From Paraspadella gotoi (taxonomy: Eukaryota; Animalia; Chaetognatha): DNA of 64,000 nt. Positions within the stretch are counted from its first letter, which is position 1. Each line of letters opens with the position of its first letter. Location of the stretch: NCBI GenBank assembly GCA_051294375.1, contig CM119264.1, positions 24,727,842 to 24,791,841 on the forward strand. The letters are read 5' to 3'. A program made the translations under genes and the position numbers. Shown one piece after another: positions 38,751-49,521 of this stretch. The notes below the pieces were generated by a model. It had not been told where the DNA came from. It did not search any database and worked only from the letters and a program-made list of their open reading frames with translations.

Positions 38751-39357
38751 AAATAACTTTTAAATGAACGGAAATCTTTGTTTCGCTTCCTTAATCCCAT
38801 ATCATCAGGCCGTCCTTCAAGAATGATTATTCTCACCTATGGCTAAAATTGGCTATGGATATTTACAATACCCTAAAATATCTACTCCAATTTTATTATT
38901 TATCTTCCTTCCCTCTTTACAAGCTATAAAATATGTACAATAAAAATAATGTAATTTTTTCCCCCCATTTCCTCCATAGACTTTTTTACCTTATTTATTT
39001 TTCCTTCTTTATTTTCTTACTTTCTTACTCTCTTCATAATTCCTCGCTTGGTTCTCTCTTTTATCAAACGCAACTCATAAACGTGAAAATCTCTCTAGTT
39101 TTTTTATCTGCGCCAAAAGTTTCTCGACTGCGCTCAAGTTTTGTGCGGTGGTGGATAAGACTGTGGGCTGGGTGTGGTTTTAGCTAAAGCGTCTATAAAC
39201 TGTGTTGAAAACTTTCGTTCAAACAGCAAGCTATTACGCTTTAGCACTGCAGTTCCAGTCTGAGTTTAGCCGAGTTCTCTCACGGGTCAAGAGGCTTTCC
39301 ATAAAGACGAGGCACGTACTGTACATGGCTGATCTTGAATCGGGTTGAGACGAACTA

Positions 39358-39505
39358 ATGCCGTGACGCCTTGACTCCCTAGTGCCTTGATGCAATGAGT
39401 CTGTAAAGCAATGGCGCCTTGATGAAATAAGGCAATCACACCATGACGTCTTGATGCAATGATGCAGTGACGCCGTGACGCCACGACGTCGTGACGGAGT
39501 GACAG
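39358..39505. repeat. degenerate 8-bp periodic repeat (TGACGCCG/TGATGCAA)
   Basis: tgacgtcttgatgcaatgatgcagtgacgccgtgacgccacgacgtcgtgacgg. Confidence 0.75.
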
Positions 39506-39675
39506 CCACGTCCGCGTCGTTAGCAGCCGTCGAAAGTAAAAAAGAAAATTCCGGGACGAAATTCGGCGAATGAGATTTCGGAGGAAGAAATTGGGCGAGA
39601 GAAAACGAGAGAGCGAAATCCCTACGCGCCAACTGCTTGAATAACAATCAGCCTTATATGAAACTGGATTCAGCG

Positions 39676-39791
<116 letters not shown>

Positions 39792-40240
39792 CGTAAAAAC
39801 AGTTATGACCAGACGATAAGTTCCGTTGTATCATCCGGGATTATTCTCTAACTCGCACGTGCATTCAGACTGTCACACGCAATTTCGTCTCTTTCAGGTC
39901 GCGATATTTGTTCACCGCGCGCGCGAGGCTCTCTTTCCTAACGTGCGCGTCCGTGCTCGCACGTAGAGTGAGAAGGAAGAAAAGGGGATAAGGATAGGGA
40001 ATGGCAGGAAGAGGGAGAGAGAGAGAGACAGAGAGGGAGAGAGGGAAAAATGGAAAGAGTGAACCGCTGCTGAGGTCGCAAAATTGTTCGCTACTGGCGT
40101 AAAGAAATATTTGAGTGTCATTTGGTGAAAATGATTATTGTTGGAACAAAAAAATATAAAATAAGTACGGTTGTAGTTCGAACAATTAATACCGTGTGCT
40201 ATTCTTAAAAGATTGCGAGCTGTAGTGAGCATAAAATCAC

Positions 40241-40363
40241 TTGTTCGTGCTGGAGTGAGTCTCTCAAAAGTGGTTGGAGCACGTGCTGTAGTGGGATCTT
40301 CGATGGACCGCCGGGCGCCGTCAAAGCGTGATCACATGACGAATGTGAGTCTGCCGATTCCAT
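40241..40363 (-). CDS. possible first coding exon (MESADSHSSCDHALTAPGGPSKIPLQHVLQPLLRDSLQHEQ), unassigned
   Basis: aaaaATGg start context, 41 open codons, followed by gtgatt donor-like site. Locally GC-rich. No downstream exon identified. Confidence 0.25.
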
Positions 40364-40441
40364 TTTTCTAGCCCCTTCCGGTTTAAGGAAAATAAAGGGC
40401 CTTTCATGAGGATAGAGATGAGGAGAGAAGAGAGGAGAGAG

Positions 40442-40479
<38 letters not shown>

Positions 40480-41094
40480 GGGAGAGACGCTTTCTTCGTG
40501 GATCCGTCATGTTTTGATGTTTCCTTAAATGCGTTTTCTTCTTTCTTTTTTCTATTTACAGCTTGACATCTCTCACTCTCTCCCTCTCTCTCTCTATCTC
40601 TTTCCCTTTCTCCTTCTCTTTCTCTCTCTCAAAGAGGCTTTCATTCCGCGCGAAGACAAGGAAATAATTTGCTCTTTTAAAAATCCATTTATAAAACATT
40701 TAAGTTTTAAAAAAATCGTTTTCAGGGCGTGTTGGCGAATGAAGAGGCGTTTCTTTCTCGCAAAATATTTGCTATCTGATCTGCAAACATCTGCAGTAGG
40801 GTGAAGTGAAACGCTTTGGCATCAAAGATTCTGACAGTTAGTTCTTGAAAACTATCATTATTAGTAATACTAATCTGTAGTTTATTTTTCTTTTTTTAAT
40901 AAATATAGATAGCCCAGTCAGCTTATTTTGTATATAGCACTTCCCTATTTTCTTTCTTTTTCGTTCTGTTAATTAAATATTTATATTTTGTTGAATTGTA
41001 AACTGTACAATTTATGCGTTTATCTGTAATGCTGTATGCCCTTTTGAATGTACTGTTTCAACTAATTGTTGGTAAACGAAATAAAACACATATA

Positions 41095-41570
41095 TAATGT
41101 CAAAATCAAATAGTTTTTTTTAATTCTGAGAACTGATTCAGATTCCTCCTTAAAATTAATAAAGAAAGTATAAATCTTTTCAAAAAATTATGTCATTAAG
41201 TAAGTTAAATTACAAAGAACATTTTTAAGCTGGAAATTCAAAATCGGCGTCTTAAATATAGTTTTTTCAACATTTTTGACTAACTTAATGAAATAATTTT
41301 TAAAAAAGAATTGTACTTCTTATAATAACTTTTTGCAGGAATCCAAATCCGATCTTAAAATTTAAAAATTTGCATTTGGAAAATTTTAGACTATTATATA
41401 CTTATTACTATATATAAATATAGCTACTGGTGCCCCACTTATGTATAAAATTAAAAAATAAATTTACCAAAAATATTTTTAAGATGTGTTTTGATGCTCA
41501 ATCGTTTCTTATACCGCTACAATTCTTAAAATTTTGCTAAACATTTTATCATTTTCACATCACTCTAATC
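41095..41570. mobile_element. second, more decayed copy of the fold-back MITE seen at 35680-36286
   Basis: Shares gattcagattc...attaagt...tttaagctg.aaatt...acttaat...ggaat.caaatc...ctatatataaatatagc.actg with the 35.8-36.2 kb palindrome. Confidence 0.7.
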
Positions 41571-44500
41571 TGCAGTTCTGCACCCTTTAATTTTCTTTCC
41601 ATCTTTATCTCTGAGACTCGATCATCTAAAAGTAGATCCACACAGATATGTTTCTTCTCATCTTCCTTCACGTTTATCTTTAAATTTCATTATTTCCAGT
41701 TTCCGACGCACATTGCACAGTGCACAGTGCACAGCGAGTTCTTACGGCAGAATTTCCCGTTTCTCGCCGTGGAAGAAATTTCCGCGTCGACATTTTTCGC
41801 TTTATTTTCGAGATTCTGTGCTGAATTTTAAATCGACTTTTCTTTTGAATTAATTTAACGACTTATTTAATTTTTAAATTTAATTATTCTATCTTGCTTT
41901 TTTTTCTCTTATATTTCCATCTCATGTCTCATTATCTTTCTCATTGAGCTAAAGGGCATGGTTTCTTAAAGCTATTTTTTAAAATTTGACTTATACGGCT
42001 GAGTGCATTTGTACCTCAATAGTCAAAGGGCGAGAAAGGAAAACCTCAATGCGCGATCAAAATTGACCATCCCGCGCGTCAACTAACAAATATTGATTCA
42101 CGTTTCTTTCTCAGCATAATTAACGTTTTCATTTTGTCATTCTTGGTTTACAAATAGCCTTATTTTTTTTCTAGATGAAAACCTTAATTTCTGTTCATTT
42201 TTTTTCTTCTTTTTTTCTTTTAATTTTTATTTTCCCTTATTTGTTTCCCTCTATTGGCCTTCGTTACCTTTTTCTTTCTTCCTTTTTTTCTTCTTTCTCC
42301 AAATATTGGGTCNNNNNNNNNNNNNNNNNNNNNNNNNNNNNNNNNNNNNNNNNNNNNNNNNNNNNNNNNNNNNNNNNNNNNNNNNNNNNNNNNNNNNNNN
42401 NNNNNNNNNNNNNNNNNNNNNNNNNNNNNNNNNNNNNNNNNNNNNNNNNNNNNNNNNNNNNNNNNNNNNNNNNNNNNNNNNNNNNNNNNNNNNNNNNNNN
42501 NNNNNNNNNNNNNNNNNNNNNNNNNNNNNNNNNNNNNNNNNNNNNNNNNNNNNNNNNNNNNNNNNNNNNNNNNNNNNNNNNNNNNNNNNNNNNNNNNNNN
42601 NNNNNNNNNNNNNNNNNNNNNNNNNNNNNNNNNNNNNNNNNNNNNNNNNNNNNNNNNNNNGATCGAAGGAAAACAAAAAGATCGAGAAAATATGAAGGAA
42701 TAAAAAAACAAATTCCCGACCGATTCATCTCTCTCTCCCCCTCATTGCTTAACNNNNNNNNNNNNNNNNNNNNNNNNNNNNNNNNNNNNNNNNNNNNNNN
42801 NNNNNNNNNNNNNNNNNNNNNNNNNNNNNNNNNNNNNNNNNNNNNNNNNNNNNNNNNNNNNNNNNNNNNNNNNNNNNNNNNNNNNNNNNNNNNNNNNNNN
42901 NNNNNNNNNNNNNNNNNNNNNNNNNNNNNNNNNNNNNNNNNNNNNNNNNNNNNNNNNNNNNNNNNNNNNNNNNNNNNNNNNNNNNNNNNNNNNNNNNNNN
43001 NNNNNNNNNNNNNNNNNNNNNNNNNNNNNNNNNNNNNNNNNNNNNNNNNNNNNNNNNNNNNNNNNNNNNNNNNNNNNNNNNNNNNNNNNNNNNNNNNNNN
43101 NNNNNNNNNNNNNNNNNNNNNNNNNNNNNNNNNNNNNNNNNNNNNNNNNNNNNNNNNNNNNNNNNNNNNNNNNNNNNNNNNNNNNNNNNNNNNNNNNNNN
43201 NNNNNNNNNNNNNNNNNNNNNNNNNNNNNNNNNNNNNNNNNNNNNNNNNNNNNNNNNNNNNNNNNNNNNNNNNNNNNNNNNNNNNNNNNNNNNNNNNNNN
43301 NNNNNNNNNNNNNNNNNNNNNNNNNNNNNNNNNNNNNNNNNNNNNNNNNNNNNNNNNNNNNNNNNNNNNNNNNNNNNNNNNNNNNNNNNNNNNNNNNNNN
43401 NNNNNNNNNNNNNNNNNNNNNNNNNNNNNNNNNNNNNNNNNNNNNNNNNNNNNNNNNNNNNNNNNNNNNNNNNCTCCTCTGCCGCGCGCCCATGGGCGTT
43501 CCCGCGAGGCTGTTGCGTTTAGGAAGGGCGTCTTCGGGGCTTCGGTTAATGAGAGAAAAACGAAAAAGCGGACAAAGGTTTCTTTGGGGAAAAAGAGATC
43601 CCTTTTTTTTTTTTAGGGTTTTTTCTTTTTCGTTTTACGAGATACAATTTTCTATCTTCATTTTGAATTAGCATTTGTGTAGCTTTTTCTTTTCAACAAA
43701 CATAAATCCATGAGAATATTCTAAAAAATATCAGTTGTACACTGTTTGTACTTTGGACGATAATTTTTATACGTACAATTTTCTGCGAAAAGAGCATCCT
43801 AAAGACGACCTGATTTAAGACGCGTCCGAAGGAATCCATAAAAGAGGAAAAAAAATCTCAGTTTATTTCTTGGTTCGATCCATGAATATCCCATAGAAAT
43901 TGGAAATAACTTTTTTTTTCTTTCCAAGCAGATTTGAACTGATATGAATGGCACTGTGGAATATAAGCAGACGTTTTCTCAATCTTTATTCCTGCTTTCA
44001 TTACTTTTATTCCTTGCTTGCCACTTTGTTTTTGTTTTTCCCTCCTTTCTAATGTCGAGACATGTCACAACATAATGTTTCAATACATTTCTACTCTCGT
44101 TTAATCTTAATTAAATTTTTTATATTCAGGGACAATTCTCACGTTTTCCTGCTTTTAATATTTTTCTCCTTTCGAACTCTTTTTCTTCCTCCGATCTCAT
44201 TACCATGCAGATCTCAGTTCTTTATATGTTTCCTTATTTTATATCTCCATATTTTTTTCTATTTCTTTTTGTATTTTTCCACTGGCGTCTTTGGCATCGT
44301 TTTCCCTCAAAGTATCAAAACATAAAACCGTCGGAAACAAACCTTGCGGATGCAATCTACCAGAAAGAAAATTTGCAAAAGCGAATGAAAAGGAAAAGCA
44401 CATTTTCTTTTCTTTTTCTTCATTATAATATTTGAACCCGTAAAAATAGTCTACTATAGAATTGACATAGTATTGACATTTCGAAAATCCTTCAGCAACT

Positions 44501-45465
44501 ATCGCAATGGCAGATGCAAATCTGCCAGAAATACATCCATCTGCAATCGAATCCGACAAAAAAAATCAAATCCATCGGATGTGGAGGGAGGAAATGGCGC
44601 ACCTAGAAAATGGCCAATATGGAACTAAGAAAGGAGAAGCTAAGAGGATAAAAAGGATCCTAAAAAAAGAAGGATTTCGTCAGGAGGAAAACATCAAATG
44701 TTTATTTTCTCTCGTTTGTCGTTTACGTTTTAAAATCGATTATTTTGGGTCATGTGTTTTGTCTTTAATTATATGGTATGAATGTTACGAGGGTATTGAA
44801 TAAAATGTCAATATTGTATATTTTTCAGTATTTAATGGCCATTGTTATATATTCTCTTACTATTTTTTAAAATTTTACTCTTTTTTTTTTTATAATGCCG
44901 AACCACCGCGTTCAAACGATTCCACGGGGAAAAGAACGTTTTATTTTATCCCCTGATAAAAAATCAAAGTCCTTGAAAGAAGAAATTGCGTGCGGGAAAA
45001 AATCCTCGTTCGGTAATGAATATAAACGGATATATCGAAATATGAATATGTAAGAATAACAAAAAGATAGTTTAATAAAAAAAAATTACGGAGTATAACA
45101 ACTCCATTAATAAAAAAATTGTGAATGTTCTACATGGTCGTAAGCAGCGTGTAAACTCTAATCCACTCAGATTCGATCATGAGTATATTCGATTTTCGTC
45201 TCGCCAGCGCCAGATTTTCCGACATGGCCGCTCAACAAGATCGCCTTACTAAAGGTCACGAAAATCCTCATGGTTCATAAGATCCGCATCCTCCACTTAG
45301 CCGCAGCAGCTGCGCCCTCGCCTCCGCCGCCGCTTCGCTGCTGGCCGGCCGTCGCTACGGCGTCCACCGACGCGGCTCCGATTTCCGGATAATCAACGCC
45401 GTCAACAAAACTTACGGCCCATTTATTGTCTGTTCATTGCCTCTCATTCTCTCTCCTCTCTCCTC

Positions 45466-45519
<54 letters not shown>

Positions 45520-45615
45520 TCTCTTCTCTCTCTTCTCTCTCTCTCTCTCTCTTTTTAATGTCCGTTCAATGCCCTACTCTCCTCCCATATTCCGTTGGGT
45601 TTTTTTTATCCCAGA

Positions 45616-45665
<50 letters not shown>

Positions 45666-46400
45666 TCCTCTTCCTCTTCTCTTCTCCTCTCTCTCTCTCT
45701 CTTCTCCTCTCTCTTTACCCCTCGTCCTGTGAATTACCCCTCCCATGTCTCTTCCCCTTTTCTCAGGAATTTCTTCCGGTTCTAGATTCCATTATTGTCT
45801 CGTGCCTTTATTTCTTTCTTAGTCTCAGTTAAGAACTCACTCTTGTTTATTTGCAAATTCTTTGAAGATATTTTCAAGCTGGGGCAAAGGATTTCTCCTG
45901 GGAGCTCGTTTCTTGTTTGCCACTTTCTCATTAACGTTCGTTGCGCCTTCGTCAATTAGAAAATAGAAAGTCTTTTAATATTCGTTCAAGAGGGAATAAG
46001 AATTTTTACTCCAATTTGCTAATTTGGTTTGAATACCTAAATACTTTTATTTCCGCTTGTAAGATAATGTAACATGCTAAACTTTTATATAAACTATTTT
46101 TTTTATTCACTGAAAAAAAAATGTTTTGCTTCAGAAATATTTATGACACATAATCATAAAATCGTTCCCAGCGAACTTTGCATACCTTTGCATACTTATC
46201 AATATGAAGGGGACACTTGCGGCATTCGTTCTCATTCTCCTCTTCAATTCAATCTTCTTATAAGAAAAGCAAATCTAATTTCTTAGTCACCGGCTTTTCT
46301 TTTCTCTTTTCTCTTTTCTTTTTTTCCCCTTTTTTTTTCTCCAAAGCCTTTGTTTTCCATTTTCTCGTTTGATCTTTACACTTTTCCTCCTCAAGCTCTC

Positions 46401-46508
<108 letters not shown>

Positions 46509-46806
46509 CCTTTTACTTAATGCTTTTTTTTATCTCACCCTTTTTTAAATTCTCTTATTCACTCTTTTCTCCGTTGACGACAGTTGTTGAATATGCAGCG
46601 ACTTATTCTCTTCTTTGTTTTGTTTTTTTCTAATTATTTTTTATATTTATCTTTTATGAACACTTGGAATGCTTTTAGTTTTAATAGACAAGAGGTGCCA
46701 TTGAGAAGACGTTTCTTAGATTTAGTTGATTATTAACTACTTATTATCTCAGTTCTCAGTTATAACTTGAAATTGTGGCGAATCCTAAATTCGCCTCCCG
46801 TATTGC

Positions 46807-47022
46807 TTGGTAGACTAAAATCCACCAAATGTTCATCAGCCGTCATTGGTGCAGTTGGCAAGCCAGTGGTCGCCTAACATTTCTCGGGACAGGGCGCTTA
46901 ACCCGCCTGTTACATGGTGTTACAGCCTGATCCGAAGCTCAGGGACTGCTTATACAGTTCTGTCACTAACACATAACATTTATTACTGTCTCTTCAGTCG
47001 CCGAGTTTCATATTTTCTTTTG
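46807..47022 (+). mobile_element. family A copy 2 (tRNA head internally deleted, ribozyme fold partly decayed)
   Basis: Same upstream hairpin, A-box TGGTGCAGTTGG, deletion of anticodon and T arms, then gggacagggcgcttaacccgcctg...gttacagcctgatccgaagctcagggactgct and the same tail. Confidence 0.85.
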
Positions 47023-47188
47023 TCAAACCGGTTTTGCAAAGTTCAGTTCTTCCGAGAAATAATTAAGGAGCTTGCATTAAATTTTTCATTTTCCAATTCG
47101 AACCCAATATCCAAATCCTGCCTAAGAGTACGTAGAATTTAGAATTTTAGATTTTCCACTACTAAGTCAAACTGAATCACGTGAAAAA

Positions 47189-47193
47189 ATGAG
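47189..47193 (+). CDS. exon 1 (coding part, ATG AG) of the 147-aa uncharacterised protein
   Basis: aaaaATGAG|gtaagt perfect donor, and phase 2 matches exon 2. The frame is also open upstream to a ttttag acceptor at 47150, so an earlier start is possible. Confidence 0.6.
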
Positions 47194-47378
47194 GTAAGTT
47201 CACGATATAATCGGAAAGGGTTATAGTCAAATAATTCCTTAAGTATTTTTAAAATACTGAATTCCAACCTAAAATTTGCACTGTGCAATATTCTTACTAG
47301 ACAGTCGTCTGCTGAGCTTGTGTAGAGTCTATAGACTTATGTTCAGTTTTATTAAACAATTTTCTTTTTTACTTTCAG

Positions 47379-47458
47379 TACTCGGTTCCCCGAGGCCATT
47401 GATGCCTACCCTGTCTACCGCGCTCTCGTTCAACGAATCGTTCGACCAGATTTTCATG
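47379..47458 (+). CDS. exon 2 (TRFPEAIDAYPVYRALVQRIVRPDFH)
   Basis: tttttactttcag acceptor, gtaaac donor, 80 nt, phases consistent with both neighbours. Confidence 0.85.
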
Positions 47459-47859
47459 GTAAACAGATAAGACATTGCACCATTGCATGGAGAAAGAATT
47501 ATTAAAAATATATAATAATTAATGTCTTATCAGAAAAAAATTGAGCAAAATTAAATACAAAATTTTTTGAAGATGCTCAACTTAAAATTGAAACCTGCCA
47601 GCCCTTTTTTCATTCCAAGTTTTCCCATTGTTATTTCAATATTTTAAAAAAGAGAACAGGTTTTTTTCCGCCAATTAGCTGACAATATCCTCTCAAAATA
47701 GTTATTGTTCCGGATTTCTTCAGTAAAGTTTAGTATTATTCTAACTGCAAGACAGTTTGTACGTACGTAGGACATTTGGAATATGTTTTAACTACATCAA
47801 ATGAATTTGTATTAAAAATGATAATATTTTGTTAATTCTGGGCTTCATATCATTGCCAG

Positions 47860-47990
47860 AGTTGGGACCTCGCTACGGCGACTTCACTCCTGAAACTTGG
47901 TTCGACGTGAAGGTGCAAACACCAAGAGTGGAGAAAATCTTTTTCACTATGAAATGGAGAGATCAAGGCAATGGAAACCAAAAGGGGCAG
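47860..47990 (+). CDS. exon 3 (ELGPRYGDFTPETWFDVKVQTPRVEKIFFTMKWRDQGNGNQKGQ)
   Basis: ttgccag acceptor, cag|gttgtg donor, 131 nt, open and in phase. Carries the W-x-DQG-x-GN-x-KG motif. Confidence 0.88.
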
Positions 47991-48421
47991 GTTGTGTGAA
48001 TATTGAATCTATCAATCGATCATTCGATCAATCTACTATTTATTTATTTTCCCAGACCGCCCCATTTTTTCTTAAATTCTGAAATAAGGAAATTTGTTTT
48101 GTTAAAGATTAGCTTAGAAGTTAAGGTGAGGCATTAAGGTGAGGCATTAAGGTGAGGCATTAAGGTTAGGTATTAAGTTAGTGATTAAGGCGAAGGACTT
48201 AGTTTATGATTAGGGTTAGGGACTAATATTTAGGGTTAGAGGTCATGGTTAGGGTTAGGTTAGGTTAGGGTTGGGTTAGGTTAGGTTAGGTTAGGTTAGG
48301 TTAGGTTAGGTTAGGTTAGGTTAGGTTAGGTTAGGGTTTAAGATTAAGTTAAGGTTAGTGATTAGGGTTAGCAATTAGGGTTAAGGAATAATTTATATTG
48401 TGGCGGTATATTCACACCGCC
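47990..48421 (+). mobile_element. HINE/DINE-1-like non-autonomous element with internal (TTAGG)n array, in intron 3
   Basis: 14-bp inverted repeats GGTTGTGTGAATAT (47990-48003) / ATATTCACACCGCC (48408-48421), 12/14 match. 3' hairpin GGCGGT-N8-ACCGCC, internal ACCGCC at 48056, central tandem repeats. Confidence 0.5.
48121..48385 (+). repeat. interstitial telomere-like array: 13-mer TTAAGGTGAGGCA x3, pure (TTAGG)12 at 48276-48335, flanked by TTAGGG/TTAAGG variants
   Basis: Direct reading of the sequence. Confidence 0.95.
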
Positions 48422-48691
48422 TCACGTCCACCATCGTTCAGCCTAATCCATTGGCTCAGAGGGGGAACACACCATCCCAGGCGTAGTGTTCCATCCATGT
48501 AGGTTAAATATTAAGGTTAAAATTTAATTCTGTAAAAAATACAAATAAATCTCGGAAAAGAGAATCAAAAATTGAATATTTGTATAGTTTTAAAATAATT
48601 TTGTATTCAAACAAAAAAAAAATCCAACTACGGAACATATATATAAATGATCAAATTTAATAAACACTATGTATATTTATTACAATGACAG

Positions 48692-48919
48692 ATTTTTCTC
48701 CGCCTTCTCCGCGGCGGCCGAATCTTGGCCGAGAACGTCAACGCCTGCAGCGGAGTCGCTCCACACAAAGAAGAGGAGAAGGTTGTCTGCGTGCAGTCGC
48801 ACCCTGTCGTGGACCGCGCCGTCGAGGGCGACGTCATCCGGGTCATGAGGAACGTTGGCGGAGGCGGGGGTCACGAACTTCATGTCAGAGATTTCGAGAT
48901 GAATCTCTTCCTCAAATGA
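48692..48919 (+). CDS. exon 4, terminal (IFLRLLRGGRILAENVNACSGVAPHKEEEKVVCVQSHPVVDRAVEGDVIRVMRNVGGGGGHELHVRDFEMNLFLK*)
   Basis: tgacag acceptor, phase 0, 228 nt to TGA, GC3-rich codons against an AT-rich background. Confidence 0.88.
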   Translation: MFLRLLRGGRILAENVNACSGVAPHKEEEKVVCVQSHPVVDRAVEGDVIRVMRNVGGGGGHELHVRDFEMNLFLK

Positions 48920-49439
48920 GTTTGGATAACTCAAAAGTGAGGCGACTTACCACCGGTCTCTCTCTCTAAACCCTTCCTCTCTCCTCTTTCTCCGAGCCGG
49001 TCTATCCACACGGTCACTTTGCCCTAGCTTTGGCTTACTTTGGATTTATTTACTAAACAATGTTTATGAAAAGAAAAAGTTTTCATCAGGTTTGGTAAAC
49101 TTATCATTATAAAGAAATCAACAGAACTTCAACCAATATAAAATTTTACCCTGAATATAAGGATAAATTTTTATTGTTGTACATATTTCATGACGTTTGA
49201 TAAAACTTTTGAGTTGTCTTAATATTTTATAGAAATTAATAAAAAATTAATAGGATATTTATCGGATGATATAAGTTATTTGTAAACATTAATCTAATAA
49301 ACAATTGACTACAATTCTACATGCAAGATCATTAGGCCCAACGACTTAAACAGGGCCGCTTTCTAAGAACTAAAAAGTTTTTGAGGTGCATTATGAAAAA
49401 GCCGAATGCTTTTTCGAGCGGAGTTTATCCATCTAACCG

Positions 49440-49521
<82 letters not shown>

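Noticed and set aside
42175-43671. 498-aa and other long ORFs containing X runs
   Set aside because: They are open only because they cross N gaps.
48247-48336. True telomere or chromosome end
   Set aside because: Short, internal, flanked on both sides by exons of one gene.
48680-48934. 84-aa minus-strand ORF and 94-aa alternative + ORF
   Set aside because: Shadows of exon 4 of the spliced + strand gene, whose frame is fixed by splice phase and motif continuity.
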